Assembly: GCF_018977255.1 (NCBI RefSeq)
Contig: NW_024704762.1
Span: 3,596,001 to 3,660,000 of the forward strand
Length of the DNA stretch: 64,000 bases
Source: Callorhinchus milii
Lineage: Eukaryota
Direction: 5' to 3'
The translations under genes were made by a program, and so were the position numbers. This document shows, one piece after another, positions 12,646 to 44,462 of the stretch; the stretch's first letter is position 1; each line of letters begins with the position of its first letter. Under the pieces are notes generated by a model, which did no database searches, was not told the origin of the DNA, and worked only from the letters and a program-made list of their open reading frames with translations.

Positions 12646-13032
12646 CCCCCCCCCCACCCCATCACTCCCCCACATCACTCCACCCCCCCCAACCCCATCA
12701 CTCCCCCACATCACTCCACACCCCCAACCCCATCACTCCCCCACATCACTCCACACCCCCCCCAACCCCATCACTCCCCACATCACTCCACACCCCCCCA
12801 ACCCCATCACTCCCCACATCACTCCACACCCCCCCACCCCATCACTCCCCCCACCCCACCCCATCACTCCCCCACATCACTCCACACCCCCCCCAACCCC
12901 ATCACTCCCCCACATCACTCCACATCCCCCCAACCCCATCACTCCCCCACATCACTCCACCCCCCCACCCCATCACTCCACCACATCATTCCACCCCAAC
13001 ACTCCCCCACATCACTCCCCCCCCCCCCCCAC
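12646..13032 (+). repeat. C-rich minisatellite, about 36-40 bp unit CCCCATCACTCCCCCACATCACTCCACACCCCCC(A/C)A
   Basis: About 10 tandem units. Confidence 0.93.
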
Positions 13033-16000
13033 CACACACACCTGTAGTGATGGGTGGAGCTGTGCTCAGGCTGTTACTTCGGAAGCTCTGGGTGGTCCCT
13101 CCCGCTGTGTGGGATTGGGCATCAAGATCACTCTTCATCATCGTCATCATCATCGTCGTCGTCTACCAGGGCTCGGGCGGACAACCAGGACGCGAGCGGC
13201 AGCTCGCGAGATACAATCGCTGAGAAGCTTCTTAAGGGAATTAACCCTCGCGTTAAATGGGGTGGGGGGGCGCGGGGAGGGGGGGGGGAGTAATGATCCC
13301 TTACGTGAAAAAAAGATTGGTCGCTTCGATCCGGGAGTGTTTGTGGTGGGGGGTTGGGGTTGGGGGGTCGCTGTTGGACGCAATTGGCTTCCACGTTTCG
13401 CCCACAAAACACACCGACAATTCACTTGACCGGATGTTCCGCTTTTTGAGACGTTTCGTCAACGCGATGAGGCGCTTTTATATCAAGGGCAAGGATTATT
13501 ACTGCAAGATTCCAGTTTCGTTACATTTACTCGACGGCCCCCACCGTCTCCGGCCATTGGGACTCCCTTTCTCTGGAATTCACTCTCCGACTCCCCCTGG
13601 CTCTTTCTTCTCCCTCCCCTTTAAGCCGCTTGCAACAAACAATTACAATTTATCCGCCATCTTTCACGTGAGGAGGACGTCTCAAAGTGCTTTGCGTTGC
13701 CGGTTGGTCTTGAATGCGGAGAGGGAGGGGACGAGTCAAAGGGACTCCAAGGTGGAGTTCCAGAGATTACGGGCGATTGTATCTTTCGTCAGTGATCTTA
13801 AGTTATCCTTCCGCTCCGACCTGCTTTGTGCTCCCCATCATCTCTGCGAAATTCTTCGAAAGGCAAAATATAAATGCAAATGGTCGAGTACAAGTACAGC
13901 GTATGGTCGCCTTCAAGAGCTGGACTTTAAACCGCGGCATTCTCTTCTCACCGGAGGCAAGAGAAGCAACACATGGCTATTTTTTATTTAAACAAATATC
14001 GTCTTTAAAAATCTAAATTGAATTATAATTATCTGCTGCAGTATTTTAAATGCTTTACTATTGAATTATGCTCAATATGCATGTAAAAGATAATCACTTT
14101 TGCATACTAAAATTAATCAAATTCTGGGAGTGAAATGGATGTATTAACCCTCCTCCCCACTATCACTTGATCTCAATTCCAAATCTGCAAACAATGCAAA
14201 TTACAATGCAGGTGCGTATAAAGTGGAAGTGACAGAGCACTGAAGCTGGGTCCCCAAACACAACTTGCTCTAAACTCAATGGGAGATCATCCTCCATGAT
14301 ATCCATCAAAACTCATCCTGTGATCAATGGTAAACAGTTCTTCCTGTTTAGAGCTGTTTGAAAACTGTCACTTCATGTGTTTAATCTCAGCATTTCACTC
14401 ACTGTATGTAGCTTTTTCTCTCCTTTGGAAAGTGCAGTCTTGGTTGGGAATAGTTCCAGGTATCCAATAGTCCACTGGTTCCTAACTCAAGTAGGGATTC
14501 TTCACTGGTCAGTGAATGTTGACAGGCTCTTCCAACCGTGATGGCATCACAAACACGTCCAGTCATCAACCACCATGCTATGCTTAAACATGTTCTCCAG
14601 GAGGGGTCACTGGTATCAATCTATGCAAAACTTTAGTCCAGGTCCCAGGGGAGTTTCAACATTCCTACTGGCATTTTGTCTGAGATCATATTAATACAGA
14701 TTGAATTCAGGATCTTATTGATCAATACAGTGCAGTATCACACCTGTGCCTTTCCTATTAAGACACGAGGAAACTCAATTTTCAACATTTATATCCTATC
14801 AATCCCAACTTGTTTGTTTCTTTGATTATTTTCCTGACTTCTGATATATGCTTCTTTTTGTTGTGGCTGTAACGTATGGAGATTTGAGGCAGAAGTTGCA
14901 GAGCAAATTTGAAGCATCCCCACAAAATTCACTTTTGTGTGACAATGGGTCTGGAAACAATCAATGGACAGTGAATCGGTTACATTCTGAATTACACATA
15001 GAGAAACTTACTATCGCTGCCAGTAATCCACAACAGAACATGGATCATTGAACACATCTAATAAAAATTCTTTACGGAAGATAAAATAAAGCAAACTGAC
15101 TACATTATGAACAGTTCAGCGCTCCTTTCACAACGATAAATAAAAATGAATTTAAAAAAAGTACAATTCTACAGGTATTAACAAAGATCTTGAGCTTCTC
15201 CAATTGGTTAATCATTAACCATCACAAAGTAATCATTCAGTGTTATCTTCATTCGTGTAGTCAAGAGAAGCAGCATGTGTAAACAGATTGTCCGATGATC
15301 CTAAATACTGTATTACAGACAGCTACCTTTATATGGCTCTCCGGTATCCTAACTTTTGTGCTTTAAAGATGATGTTTAAACAATCTCCTTATGAGCTAGT
15401 TAATGAAGACACTACCTGGAATGCCACCTCTCAGTACACGCATTTTAGCAGAAGAAAATCTATCCAGTATTGCTGAGCACTGCTGTGTAGATGTTAGTGT
15501 ATACTGCTTTATAGATCTCTTGACTTATGTATTTGCAACCACTCTTGCGAAATAAGCCCTCCTGATCCAGTGAGAGCAGTAGATTAGAGGAAACCATGTA
15601 CAATGCATAGGCAATTCTGGGGCACTCATGCCCAGAGTTCTATTCACATAAAATAAGCATCACATCTTCCCCTTACAATACAATTAGAGTCTATGAACTT
15701 TTGCAACTATAAACAGAATCCGAGAATACAGAAATTCCTCTCTCTCCAAAGGGTGTGTTGACGTTATTCTCTATAAAAAAAAATCCCTATTATCCGAGAC
15801 GTTTTCCCGCCACAACAGAAATTGGTCAATGCTATTATCAGACAAATGGGGTTAAAGCAAGCGCACTGGATATTCTGCAAACCTCATTTTAAAGTGCTAA
15901 CCACAATATGTGCGATATTCTAGTTCCTTCTTCATACAACAAATTAAATTTGTATAGGATCTTTCATGTTGGGAGGATGTCCCAAGACACTGAAACAATT

Positions 16001-16044
16001 TACCCACAATGACACAAGCACCACAAGTGAAAAGCAAGAAAAAT

Positions 16045-16173
16045 TTTATTTTAAAAAGTCAGCACATAAACACAGCATTTATTAAAGTGATATCCCATGA
16101 AATTCTAGAATTTTCCACAGACGTACTAATGATTTTTTAAGGTCTTTAAACAGTACAATAAAATGAATTTATT
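16045..16173 (-). terminator. UHRF1 polyadenylation signal cluster (three AATAAA)
   Basis: Plus-strand tttatt at 16045-16050, 16078-16083 and 16168-16173, about 1 kb past the stop; GU/U-rich tract follows the last hexamer on the minus strand. Confidence 0.7.
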
Positions 16174-17093
16174 AAAAAAAAAGTTGATTATGTCCAGTTT
16201 GACTCCCTCAGAGCCTAAATCTGAAGTATGGAATGATGTCCATTACAATGTTGAGGTACCATACTGCATCCTTTGGTATTGTCAGAATGTGGTATGTGAA
16301 GAAATCCTTTTATAAGAAAGGTAGACATGAAAGTTTCAGGTCTCCCCACCGGCTTGGTTACATCCTGGCTTGCAAATTTCAATATAGGATTGTTTTTCAC
16401 AGTACACCAGAGTGGGAAGATCATTAACATCAACAATAAATGAAAATCATTAATAAATGGAAAAAATTTACATTTCTGAATTACAGACCACAACCAAAAG
16501 GTTACTTACTGTTTTATATATAAAAAAAACAGTACATCGAAAACCTGCATATTCCCTGCTAAAATACTCTGACAAAAAAATGATCTGCACAGCTAAGTTT
16601 GTCAAACAATGTGCTATTTTGCAGTTCGAAACATTTCAGTGCTAGGAAGACGTTCACAGCCCAGCCTTCAACAAGGGCTAAGGCACTTATGTGATGGCTT
16701 AACTGATCAAGCAAAAAGAATCAAGGCTGACTAGATAGGCAGTGTTCAGCTGAACCTACACTGGCCAAAGAAAACCCCCAGAAAAGTATCCCCACTTTGA
16801 GGTAGTATTTTTTCAAAATTTCCCCACAGTGTTACACCAATGAAATTGGTCTGCACATCTAGACAAGCTGCTAGGCTAAAAAAAAGAAAGCACGGAAACT
16901 TGACGTTCGTACGTGCTGCACCGAAAGATTGGGGGGGGAAAGTGGAAGTCAGCTACCCTGGGTTCATTAGTCGATCTGTCCTCCAGTCAAGCTCTGTAGG
17001 CCAGATTAGCCACGCACTTAAACAAATCTTATGAGCAAATTTAGTAGGTGAGAACGAGAGGGAGAGAGAAAGAGAACCATGAGATGGAAGGCA

Positions 17094-35970
<18,877 letters not shown>

Positions 35971-36179
35971 CTTTGAGCCCTTCTTGGTGGGGTTTTTTTT
36001 TTAATGTGTGTGCGGTGACGGTTGTTGTTTTGAATAGAAAGTTGAGCGCGAAAACAGTGCTTAAAATTAATGGGCCTTTCTTTCTTTACAAGGCAGAGAC
36101 TTATATATAAAAAAAACTCCTCAAGACCCGGAGGGGGTGTATACGCGCCTCTCTCTCTCGGACTGAAAAAAAAGTTTCC

Positions 36180-36760
36180 CGCCGGACACAGCACTCCTCC
36201 TCCTCTCGCAGCCCGACCCCGGCTCGCGCCGCCTCTCGATTCAAACGCGAGACTCCCGCGCGCCCAACGTTCATTCGTCCTCCCGCCCCCTCGGCCCAAC
36301 GCTCATTGCGCCTCGCGCGCCCATCGCGCGCTTCCATTGGACGCTGCCCGCCTGTGAGGGGAAGGGGGGGCGGGGCCCGGGCGGGGCGGGGAGGGGGAGC
36401 GGCTGAGGTAACGGCCGTGGCTCGAGCGAGCCAGCGTCCGCGCATGCGTCCTGACGTCGCTCCCTCAGCAAGTTCGGTTGTCGGTGCCGCTCGGGCGCGA
36501 AAGGCATTGGGGTGGGTGGGCGGGGCGGGGGGGGGAGGTGGCGCGTGCGCACAAGGTTTTCCGCGTCCCCTCGGCAAGTTTGGTTGACTCGACTCGACGC
36601 CGCTCTGAACTGAACCGAAAGCGCGAGTCTCGGCGTCGGCGGCGGCGCGAACGATACCTCGCGAGAGTTGCCCGGGGGGGGGGGAGAGGGAGGGGTGTTT
36701 TCCTCCCCCCCCCCCCGTCCGCCGCCGTTTTTTATTTTTTTTATATGTGTCGTGTGTGAA
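36180..36760 (-). promoter_or_regulatory. UHRF1 CpG-island promoter with CHR, E2F, CCAAT, GC-box, NRF1 and CRE-like motifs
   Basis: CpG-rich. TTTGAA (minus) 36240-36245; E2F-like TTGGGCGCGCGGGA (minus) 36254-36267; CCAAT (minus) 36336-36340; GGGGCGGGG boxes 36367-36391; GCGCATGCGT 36440-36449; TGACGTC 36452-36458. Confidence 0.8.
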
Positions 36761-37089
36761 TGAAAGAAACCCCCCCCCCAAAAAAAAAACTAATTAATTG
36801 ATAACTTTTCTTTTAATTAATTCCCCGCCTCCCCCCCTCCCCCCCTCAAAAGAAAAACAAAAGTGACGCGGAAATTTACCAGGAACGGGTCCGAGGGGGA
36901 AAAAAAAGTGAGCGCGCGGCATTGCTTCCTGGTGACGGGTTATTCTGTCTCCTGTTTTTTTTTAAAAAAACACAAAAAAAAAAGGAAAAAATTATTTCTT
37001 GTCGTTTCCCCCCCCCCCCCTCCAGAAAAAAATTAGTGGTATTTTTTATTTAAAAAATGAAGCGGTTTTTCCCCCCCCCCTCCCCTCCC

Positions 37090-37592
37090 GGAGGGAAGGG
37101 GGAGAAGGAAGGAAAGGAGAGGTGGGGAGGGAGGAGGGAGAGAAGGAAGGTGGGGAGGGACAGAAAGGGAGGAGAGGGGGAGTGGGAGGGAGAGAGAAGG
37201 AAGGAGGAAGAGGAGAGGGGGAGTGGGAGGGAGAGAGAAGGAAGGAGGAAGAGGAGAGGGGGAGTGGGAGGGAGAGAGAAGGAAGGGGGAAGAGGAGAGG
37301 GGAGTGGGAGGGAGAGAGAAGGAAGGAGGAAGAGGAGAGGGGGAGTGGGAGGGAGAGAAGGAAGGTGGGGAGGGACAGAAAGGGAGGAGGGGGGGAGTGT
37401 GAGGGAGAGAGGAGGAAGAGGAGAGGGGGAGTGGGAGGGAGAGAAGGGAGTGGGAGGGAGAGAAGGAAGGTGGGAGGGAGAGAAGGGGAGAGGGGGAGTG
37501 TGAGGGAGAGAAGGAAGAGGAGAGGGGGAGTGTGAGGGAGAGAAGGAAGAGGAGAGGGGGAGTGTGAGGGAGAGAGAGGAGGAGGGAGGGGA
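37090..37592 (+). repeat. Polypurine (GA-rich) tandem repeat, about 40 bp unit
   Basis: Repeats of GGAGAGGGGGAGTGGGAGGGAGAGAAGGAAGGAGGAAGA, almost free of pyrimidines. Confidence 0.92.
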
Positions 37593-37998
37593 TTTTGGCG
37601 CGCAAAAAAAAGTTGTTTTGCTGGCGGTTGGCGGGAACTGCAGGGTGTGGGGGTGTGGGTGTGGGGGGGGGACAGCTCCTCCTCCACCAGAGGGTCAGGT
37701 TGGGAGGGTTTCACGCCCAGAGTGGGGCGGGTTTCTGTTGCACTGTCTTAAATTTTCAGACGTTTTTAATTTAAAAGCTGGGGAAGGTTCCCACAAAACC
37801 CACCCCAACCCCCCCCCCCTCTCTCCCTCTCCCCCACCCTTTGAGGAGTCTTTCCTTAACGCAGACTCAACGGCGCTGACTGAAATTGGTGATCCCCCTC
37901 CCCGACACCAACCCCACCCCCACCCGCCGCCCCCGGGTACCATTCCTGGGCAGGGCGAACCGTCGGGCGAGTCTCCTTACTCCACCCCCCCCCCCCCG

Positions 37999-38290
37999 AG
38001 CGCCTCTGTTTGCCCGGCGGTAAGTAGGAACCTGGCCGTTAGTCGATCGGCGGATCGCTTTTCCGGGGGTAATAAATGAAACGGGTAATAAATCCTAAAT
38101 ACTCCTAAATGAAATAGTAATTTGGTCACTTCAATCAGCGGCTGTGTGTGGGACGCCGCTGTGCGCGGTCGGCCGCCGTGTTTGGCCCACAAAATACACG
38201 GTCGATTCACTTTACAGTATAGTCTGTGAAGCGCTTTGAGACGTCTGGAAGACGTGATAAGGCGCTATATCACATGCAAGGATTATTATT
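37999..38290 (+). mobile_element. SINE body and tail, CpG-retaining copy
   Basis: CCTCTGTTTGCC...GTAAGTAGGAACC...AAGCGCTTTGAGACG...GCAAGGATTATTATT. Confidence 0.85.
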
Positions 38291-39037
38291 ACAGGAGGAA
38301 ACGCATACTATTGGGCTACTTTTGGGCTGGTGTTTGGTGGCCTTTGGGCTGCAAACCAACTATTTTAATTTCTGGCCGCCCTGCAGCCAATGTCAGGTAA
38401 GGCAGTATAGAAGCCAAGGTCGAGGAGTGACCTGATAGAGGTCTTTTAATTTATGTGAGGCTTTTGACAGTCAGTGGGGAGAAACTGCTGTATCTGTGCT
38501 TGTCGTTGAGCCAGAGGGCATCAATTTGACAACAATTTCTATTTATGTAGCACCCTTCTTGAGGGGCAGAGTCTCCGAGCATTTAGAAAAGTTAGCAAAT
38601 AGGGAGGTTAGGAGAAATATGTTTCGCGCAGAGTTGTTAGGATATAGAATGCCCTGCTAGGAGCGATCGTTGAGCCAAAATCCGTATTAGCCTTCAAGAG
38701 GGAACGAGACAAAATAACTTTTTTAAAAAAAAGTCAGCTATAGGGTTATTTACAATGAAACAGCAGATAAATGGGACTGAGAGAATTGATCTTGAAGGAG
38801 CCAGCACAGACACATGGGCCGAATGGCCTTCTATCCCACTCAGTGCTGGAAAGCTTGATGAGACAGGCAGGAGATCCACAGCTTTGCTATTCATTGTCTA
38901 AATGAGGAAATGGGTTATTAAATTCTTGCATTCAGCCCCTTTCATATTAGAATATCTCAAATGCTTCACAGGATTTTACTGTTAAGTGGAATGGCTTGTG
39001 TATTTTGTAGGCGAACATGGCTGACAGACCTTCATTT

Positions 39038-39355
39038 ATAATAATAATCCTTGCATTTGATATAGCGCTTTTCACGTCTTCTCAACGTCTCAAAGCGCTT
39101 CACAGAATAGACTGTATGTTTGTGGGCGAAACACACCAGCCAATGGCGCACAGCAGTGTCCCACAAACAGTCGGATTGAGTGATATTATTATATAGAGTT
39201 GAGACGCCTCAAAGCGCTTCACAGAATATATTGTAAACTGGAATGACTGTATTTTGTGGACGAAAAGCGGCAGCCAATTGCACACAGCAGTGTCTCACAA
39301 ACAGTCATGGATTGAGTGACCAAATAATTTTTATTGAAGGGATTATTTTTGGAGG
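39038..39355 (-). mobile_element. Two tandem SINE 3' halves
   Basis: AAAGCGCTTCACAGAAT...GCAGCCAATTGC...GGATTGAGTG occurs twice. Confidence 0.8.
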
Positions 39356-42300
39356 GAGAAATAAATAAATATACAGAAATAGATGTAGACTGAGATGAAC
39401 AAATACTTCCTGCTGCAAAATGTGCTTCTGAGACTGGGAGCAGGAACAACAACAACAAAATTACATTTATAGAGCGTCTTTCAAATTGGGAGGAAGTCCA
39501 AAGAAAGGAATGTTGTTTGCGGAGGAAAGCACCCTGGTATGAAAACGCTTTTGTGTTTGCTTGAATTAGCTTTGACAACTAAGGAGTAATTCTGCAGTGT
39601 ATTGCCACAAGTGGATAGATTTAGTGGGGTGGAGTCCATGATGAGGGAGCTTTTGCATAATACGCAGAAGGACTGGGTCTGATGATAAAGGCCTTGCTTC
39701 ATTCATTCAATGCGATCTTATGTGCCATCGCCATCTTTTTCCAAGAGAGATTTATTTCCCTCTTTCTGATTTTTAGATCAATCGATCTGATTATGGCTGT
39801 TGCATCTTTAGGTTGGAAAACATTTTAATGAATCACGAAGTTGACACCAGTGACTTACAAAAAGTGGGAAAATAAAACCAACAATTTACATTTGTGTAGC
39901 ACCTTTTAGGTTGGGAGGATAGCTCAAAGCATTCCACACACACACACAGTTGACTAGGAACCATGCTGGGAGGGAGAGGGGGAAACCTTATTTAAATAAA
40001 AGTATCAGAGGATAAAACTGCATTTGATGGTTTATTTTCATGCACTTTAATAATATGTGAGAATGGAAATGACCCATTATAACTATGCATTGTAATCGTG
40101 CACCAAACTTGCCACAACACAGCATCTTCTCCCCTATAAACGTGTAGTTTCTGAGCCTTTTATGCCTTGTAGACAGATGACTAATAAGAGGATTAAGTGT
40201 TTTAGAACATCATTCTCTGACTGCAGGCTTCGTTACTTTATTTTTTTGCTTTTTATATCCTTTAGAAACAAAGCTTTTGTATAAAAAGGCATTCTGTCTG
40301 AGTCATAGAACAATGTTGTATGACTTATTTAGAACCAGTGCACTGACTCAGTCAACTGAAGAGAAGTGACAGGTTTTCTCACTTCTATTATTTTTTCACA
40401 ACGATCCAGGCTGTGTGCCCAAGTAAGAATACAGTCTTTTTTTAAATGGCTGCTGAGTTGTAACACTAAATATTGTAATAGATATCAGATTGTGTGATAA
40501 TATGTCCAGGAACCTAGTTTCACAGAGGATTAGATCTGAATACCAAGTGAGAAGGAACAAGGGGCTTCTGTGGTGGAAGAGCATTCTCTGTATCCATATA
40601 GTTAACTCCTTCTCAACCAAAGTGAACATAATATAAGGGATAAACCAATCACAATTGCAATAATCTCTTATTCAGTGAATACACACGCTTCACAAAACAG
40701 GGTAGGAAGTTGCAGTATTAGGAGTACGCACTTGTGTATTTACAGAACAATGGAGCGTCAATAGCACGGCTTGTTGGAGCACCAGTATGCAGAGTAAATA
40801 GAGGTTTAGTTCTTCACTTTTGTTCTTCCAGATTTATCTGTCTCTTCCTCTTGATGCCTTGCTGCACGAGGGAGCAGAAATTGAATGAGGAGATTTCATT
40901 GGAACTCCCCAATTTGCTTCCTGTTTGGCAGCCAAGAGCAGCACTGGCAGAAGCTTGAGGAATGACCACTTGTCCAGAGTATGAGAGGTCTGTAGCCGAA
41001 AAAAGGTCAGTAAGGGGGAAGGCAGGACATATAAGAGGGTAACATTCTTCTACCTCTCAAAAAAAAGTTGAGTGTGATTGAAGTTATTAAACCAATGCTC
41101 CAGTCCTTTAAAAAGGGTTTCCTGTATTTTCCCTATGGATGCTTTGCTATTTCCTTGTAATGTTCCCTATATAATCCATGTAGTACAGAATAAGGCAACG
41201 TTCCTACATTTTGTAAAATGGATCAGAAAAGTAAAAAAAAGCACTTGCTATGAATGCACAACTTGAGCAAACAAAACCTCAAAAGATAATTGAAAAACAA
41301 AATTCATAACATCTAACAGAAGCTTGTCAGTACTTGTATCACTTTTAAACATACCACCGGATATATGATCCAATCATCATTGGAAGGGCTGAAGTTGTGA
41401 AACTTGCCGTACTTTCATTTACCGCTCATGCCTTATTTTTGGCAGTTGCTTTCCAGCAACCTTGTTTTTTATTTAAATTTTTTGTTCTGATTCACTTAGC
41501 TCAATTGCTCTACCACATCAGCCACCCAGGATGGCAGGAAAGGCAAGTCTGAAGTGCGTTTGGACCGCAGTGGAATTTGAAGCTTGTTTTATTTGCTGGA
41601 ATTTCATATTTCCCTGATGCAATGCCAATATTGATCTGCTTTGAAATTCTTTTTCTTTGGCACCAAGGATTCATATCCCAATGCTCCAGTTGCTCCCTGA
41701 CTGGTTCTAACTGGTCTATCTTACCAGGAAACTGAAGATTTAAAAAAAAGCTATTTGAACATATTTTGTCTCTAGAGTCTAACAAGATGCAATAAAGAAT
41801 GTTTTTATCAAACATAAAAACTATGTGTTAATGTGTTGCATTACAGGCTATAAGTGATACTTATATTACTTATAAGTAGGGAAGGAAGATTAGATTGAAT
41901 CAGTCCGGTCACTTATAGTAGGCAGGGTAAACACTAAGTTGTAAGTATTATATAAATACTACACCTTTTGTATGCAAGTTCTCAGATTGGCAACTGGTAC
42001 ATTTTGAAAAACATTTGGTATTAGTGATGCGAATGTGGAGCTTATAAACTATGTTTAGACTATCAGTTTCCTCAATGGCTTCTTGTGTAAAGGTACAAAC
42101 TCGTGAAGCACACATGAATGCATACTGAACATCACAGGTTTGATTCCAAATATACAGGCGATCCACTTTACAGTGTGTTCTGTGAAGACTCAACGACGTG
42201 ACTAGATGCTATATTAAATGCAAGGATTATTACTATTATCAAGTTAGCTGATTTTAACTGGGGAAGTGTTACAATTGGCTTCAGCATCCCTGAAATAGCA

Positions 42301-43239
42301 TAGCGAATAATCAGGCAGGGCTCCCACTCTGGATTGCTACCAGTGACCTTTGCAGAAAAGTGCATGGTTGTGGATGCAGAGTGAAGACGGGATCGAGCTA
42401 TGATACTTGACATTGCTCAATATTTACACAACAATAATTGCCTGCCTAAAGGTTGTACAGTTATGTGTGGAGCATCTTCGTTTCACTTGCTTAGGCAGCA
42501 CATCCTCAAACCCACTGTGGCAGCTGTAGAAACATGTAGGGCATGCTTTATTGAACTTGAATGGACCCTTATTTTCTTCTCTGTGTGTGTCGACGGTTCT
42601 ATTTTGCATGAAGATTCAATGTCCTTTTTCATAGGAACAAAACAATTATACAAATTATCTGTTATTAGCATAAAATAAACGTACCAGGCATTTCAGAAAC
42701 CTGCCTGTCAGCTGCATTGGAAACATAACTTGTAATCAGGATTTTAAGACAGTGAGGCTTATGTGGTAGTAATAAAGTGCCTTTTATTTCACTGGACTAA
42801 TTAAAAGGGGTTTCCTTTACTGATGTACTGATTATCGTTGTTAAAGAAGGACTCGGGATGTGGGCCAAGAACACACAATGCACTGGAGAGTAATGCATTT
42901 ACACAAGGGCGTTTAGTGAATGACTGAATCATAGTAGCTTGAGGCCTGTGCTTAGTCACATAAAGGGTGAATATTTCTGCCTTTTGGGAGGTTACAACCA
43001 ATAGTGAGTTGATCCCACAGAAGTGAATACCTGATATGATTATTTCCTTTAATAAATAGAAAACAGGAAACCTAAACCCACTTCCTGTCTGTGACCCTTT
43101 ATTCCCACACATTCCTATTTGGTGAATATTTTTGCTGCCCAGACTTTGCAATTATTTCGTCTTTTTGTAGGCTGATTTGTGGGGGAGGGGAGAGGAAAAA
43201 AGAAACCTATATCCTGGATCTAAACGCACGACAGACAAA

Positions 43240-43612
43240 TAGCAGGTTGACAGCTCTGCCCAAGCCCTAGCACAGAAATGTGTAGCAGCATGGTGTCGCT
43301 TTGCTAAGCTCCCAGCAAATGTAGGCAGACACAGAGCAGAAGGGTGAAGCTTACACTGAGCCCCCTCGACATAAACATGCCTAGCAGCAGGTAACGGCTT
43401 TACTGAGGCCCCCAGCAGTCACTGTCACAAATCTGTGTAGCAGCAGATGACAGCTCTGCTGAATTTCCAACACAAACAGATATGTACAGCAAGCAGCAGG
43501 ATGGCAGCTGCCCTGAGCCCCAACTTAGTCCCCAGCCCCCACTCACCCAGCAGTTGGTTTCAATCAACCCAAACACAGATAGCAATAGGTTGACAGCTTT
43601 TGTCAAGCTCCG
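43240..43612 (+). repeat. Degenerate repeat array, 7 units with variable spacers
   Basis: Core TAGCAGCAGGTGACAGCTYTGCTRAGCYCC-like at 43240, 43283, 43334, 43382, 43438, 43491 and 43580. Confidence 0.7.
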
Positions 43613-44462
43613 GGGCGGACCCAAATGTTCGAGAGATGTTGGCTCCCTTGGACTGCAGTCATTAACGCAACAGCAACTTGAGAACTCTATTTTAGAGTCT
43701 GTATAAAGTACACAACATTAACATTAAGACAACGCTGCTGAACCTCAGGCTGATGTTTAAAGCAGCTGTAATAGGTCAGAGCCTTGGGTTGTCCTCATGA
43801 AAGGCGCTACACAAATGTAATTTATTGTTGCTGTTGTTCCGCTCTTGCGATGGCATTGTCAGAGCCCTGGGCTGCATTGCATCTTCATCCAGATAGGACT
43901 GCATTTCCCTACCATGTATTGTTTACTGACACATCTGTGACTCTTGAGGATGAGGAAAGGTGATTTGAATCCACTCCTCCTTCCTCCAGCGAGGTTTTAA
44001 GCTAAGTGAGATCAAGCACCTTGAACCACCCTTCTGCCCCGAACCACATACAGTGTTTCAGGAAGTCCAAGCAAAGAGGCAGCAGTTAAAACCATATTTG
44101 ATCATTCGAGAGCTCCAGGCAAAGTTAATCTCTTTAAACTAAATCCAAATGATCAGGGTGACAAATGAGGGAGGGCGAATTAATTCATACCCAATGTGCT
44201 TCTCTTTCTTGAAACATTTTCTTTTTTCTTTTTACCTTTCCAGGCTGGTGTACAATTGAGCAATGCTACTCCCCCCACTGTTTGGTTACACAAAAGCCTC
44301 TTAGTGCAGCCATATACAGCCTGTTGCTGTGCTCAATTCACATTGCATTTAGATTTAATCAACAGTGCCCGAGTAGTTTTACTGTTAAAGATTAATACTC
44401 GCTATGTGATGTCGTGTCGCACAGTATGTTGAGGTAGTGCCAAGACAGTTATTTGATATGTA

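Noticed and set aside
13257-13991. 244-aa ORF
   Set aside because: Runs through SINE and L2 fragments in a CpG-retaining region; no domain similarity
43240-43612. CRISPR-like repeat-spacer pattern
   Set aside because: Vertebrate DNA, highly degenerate repeats, irregular spacing and no cas genes
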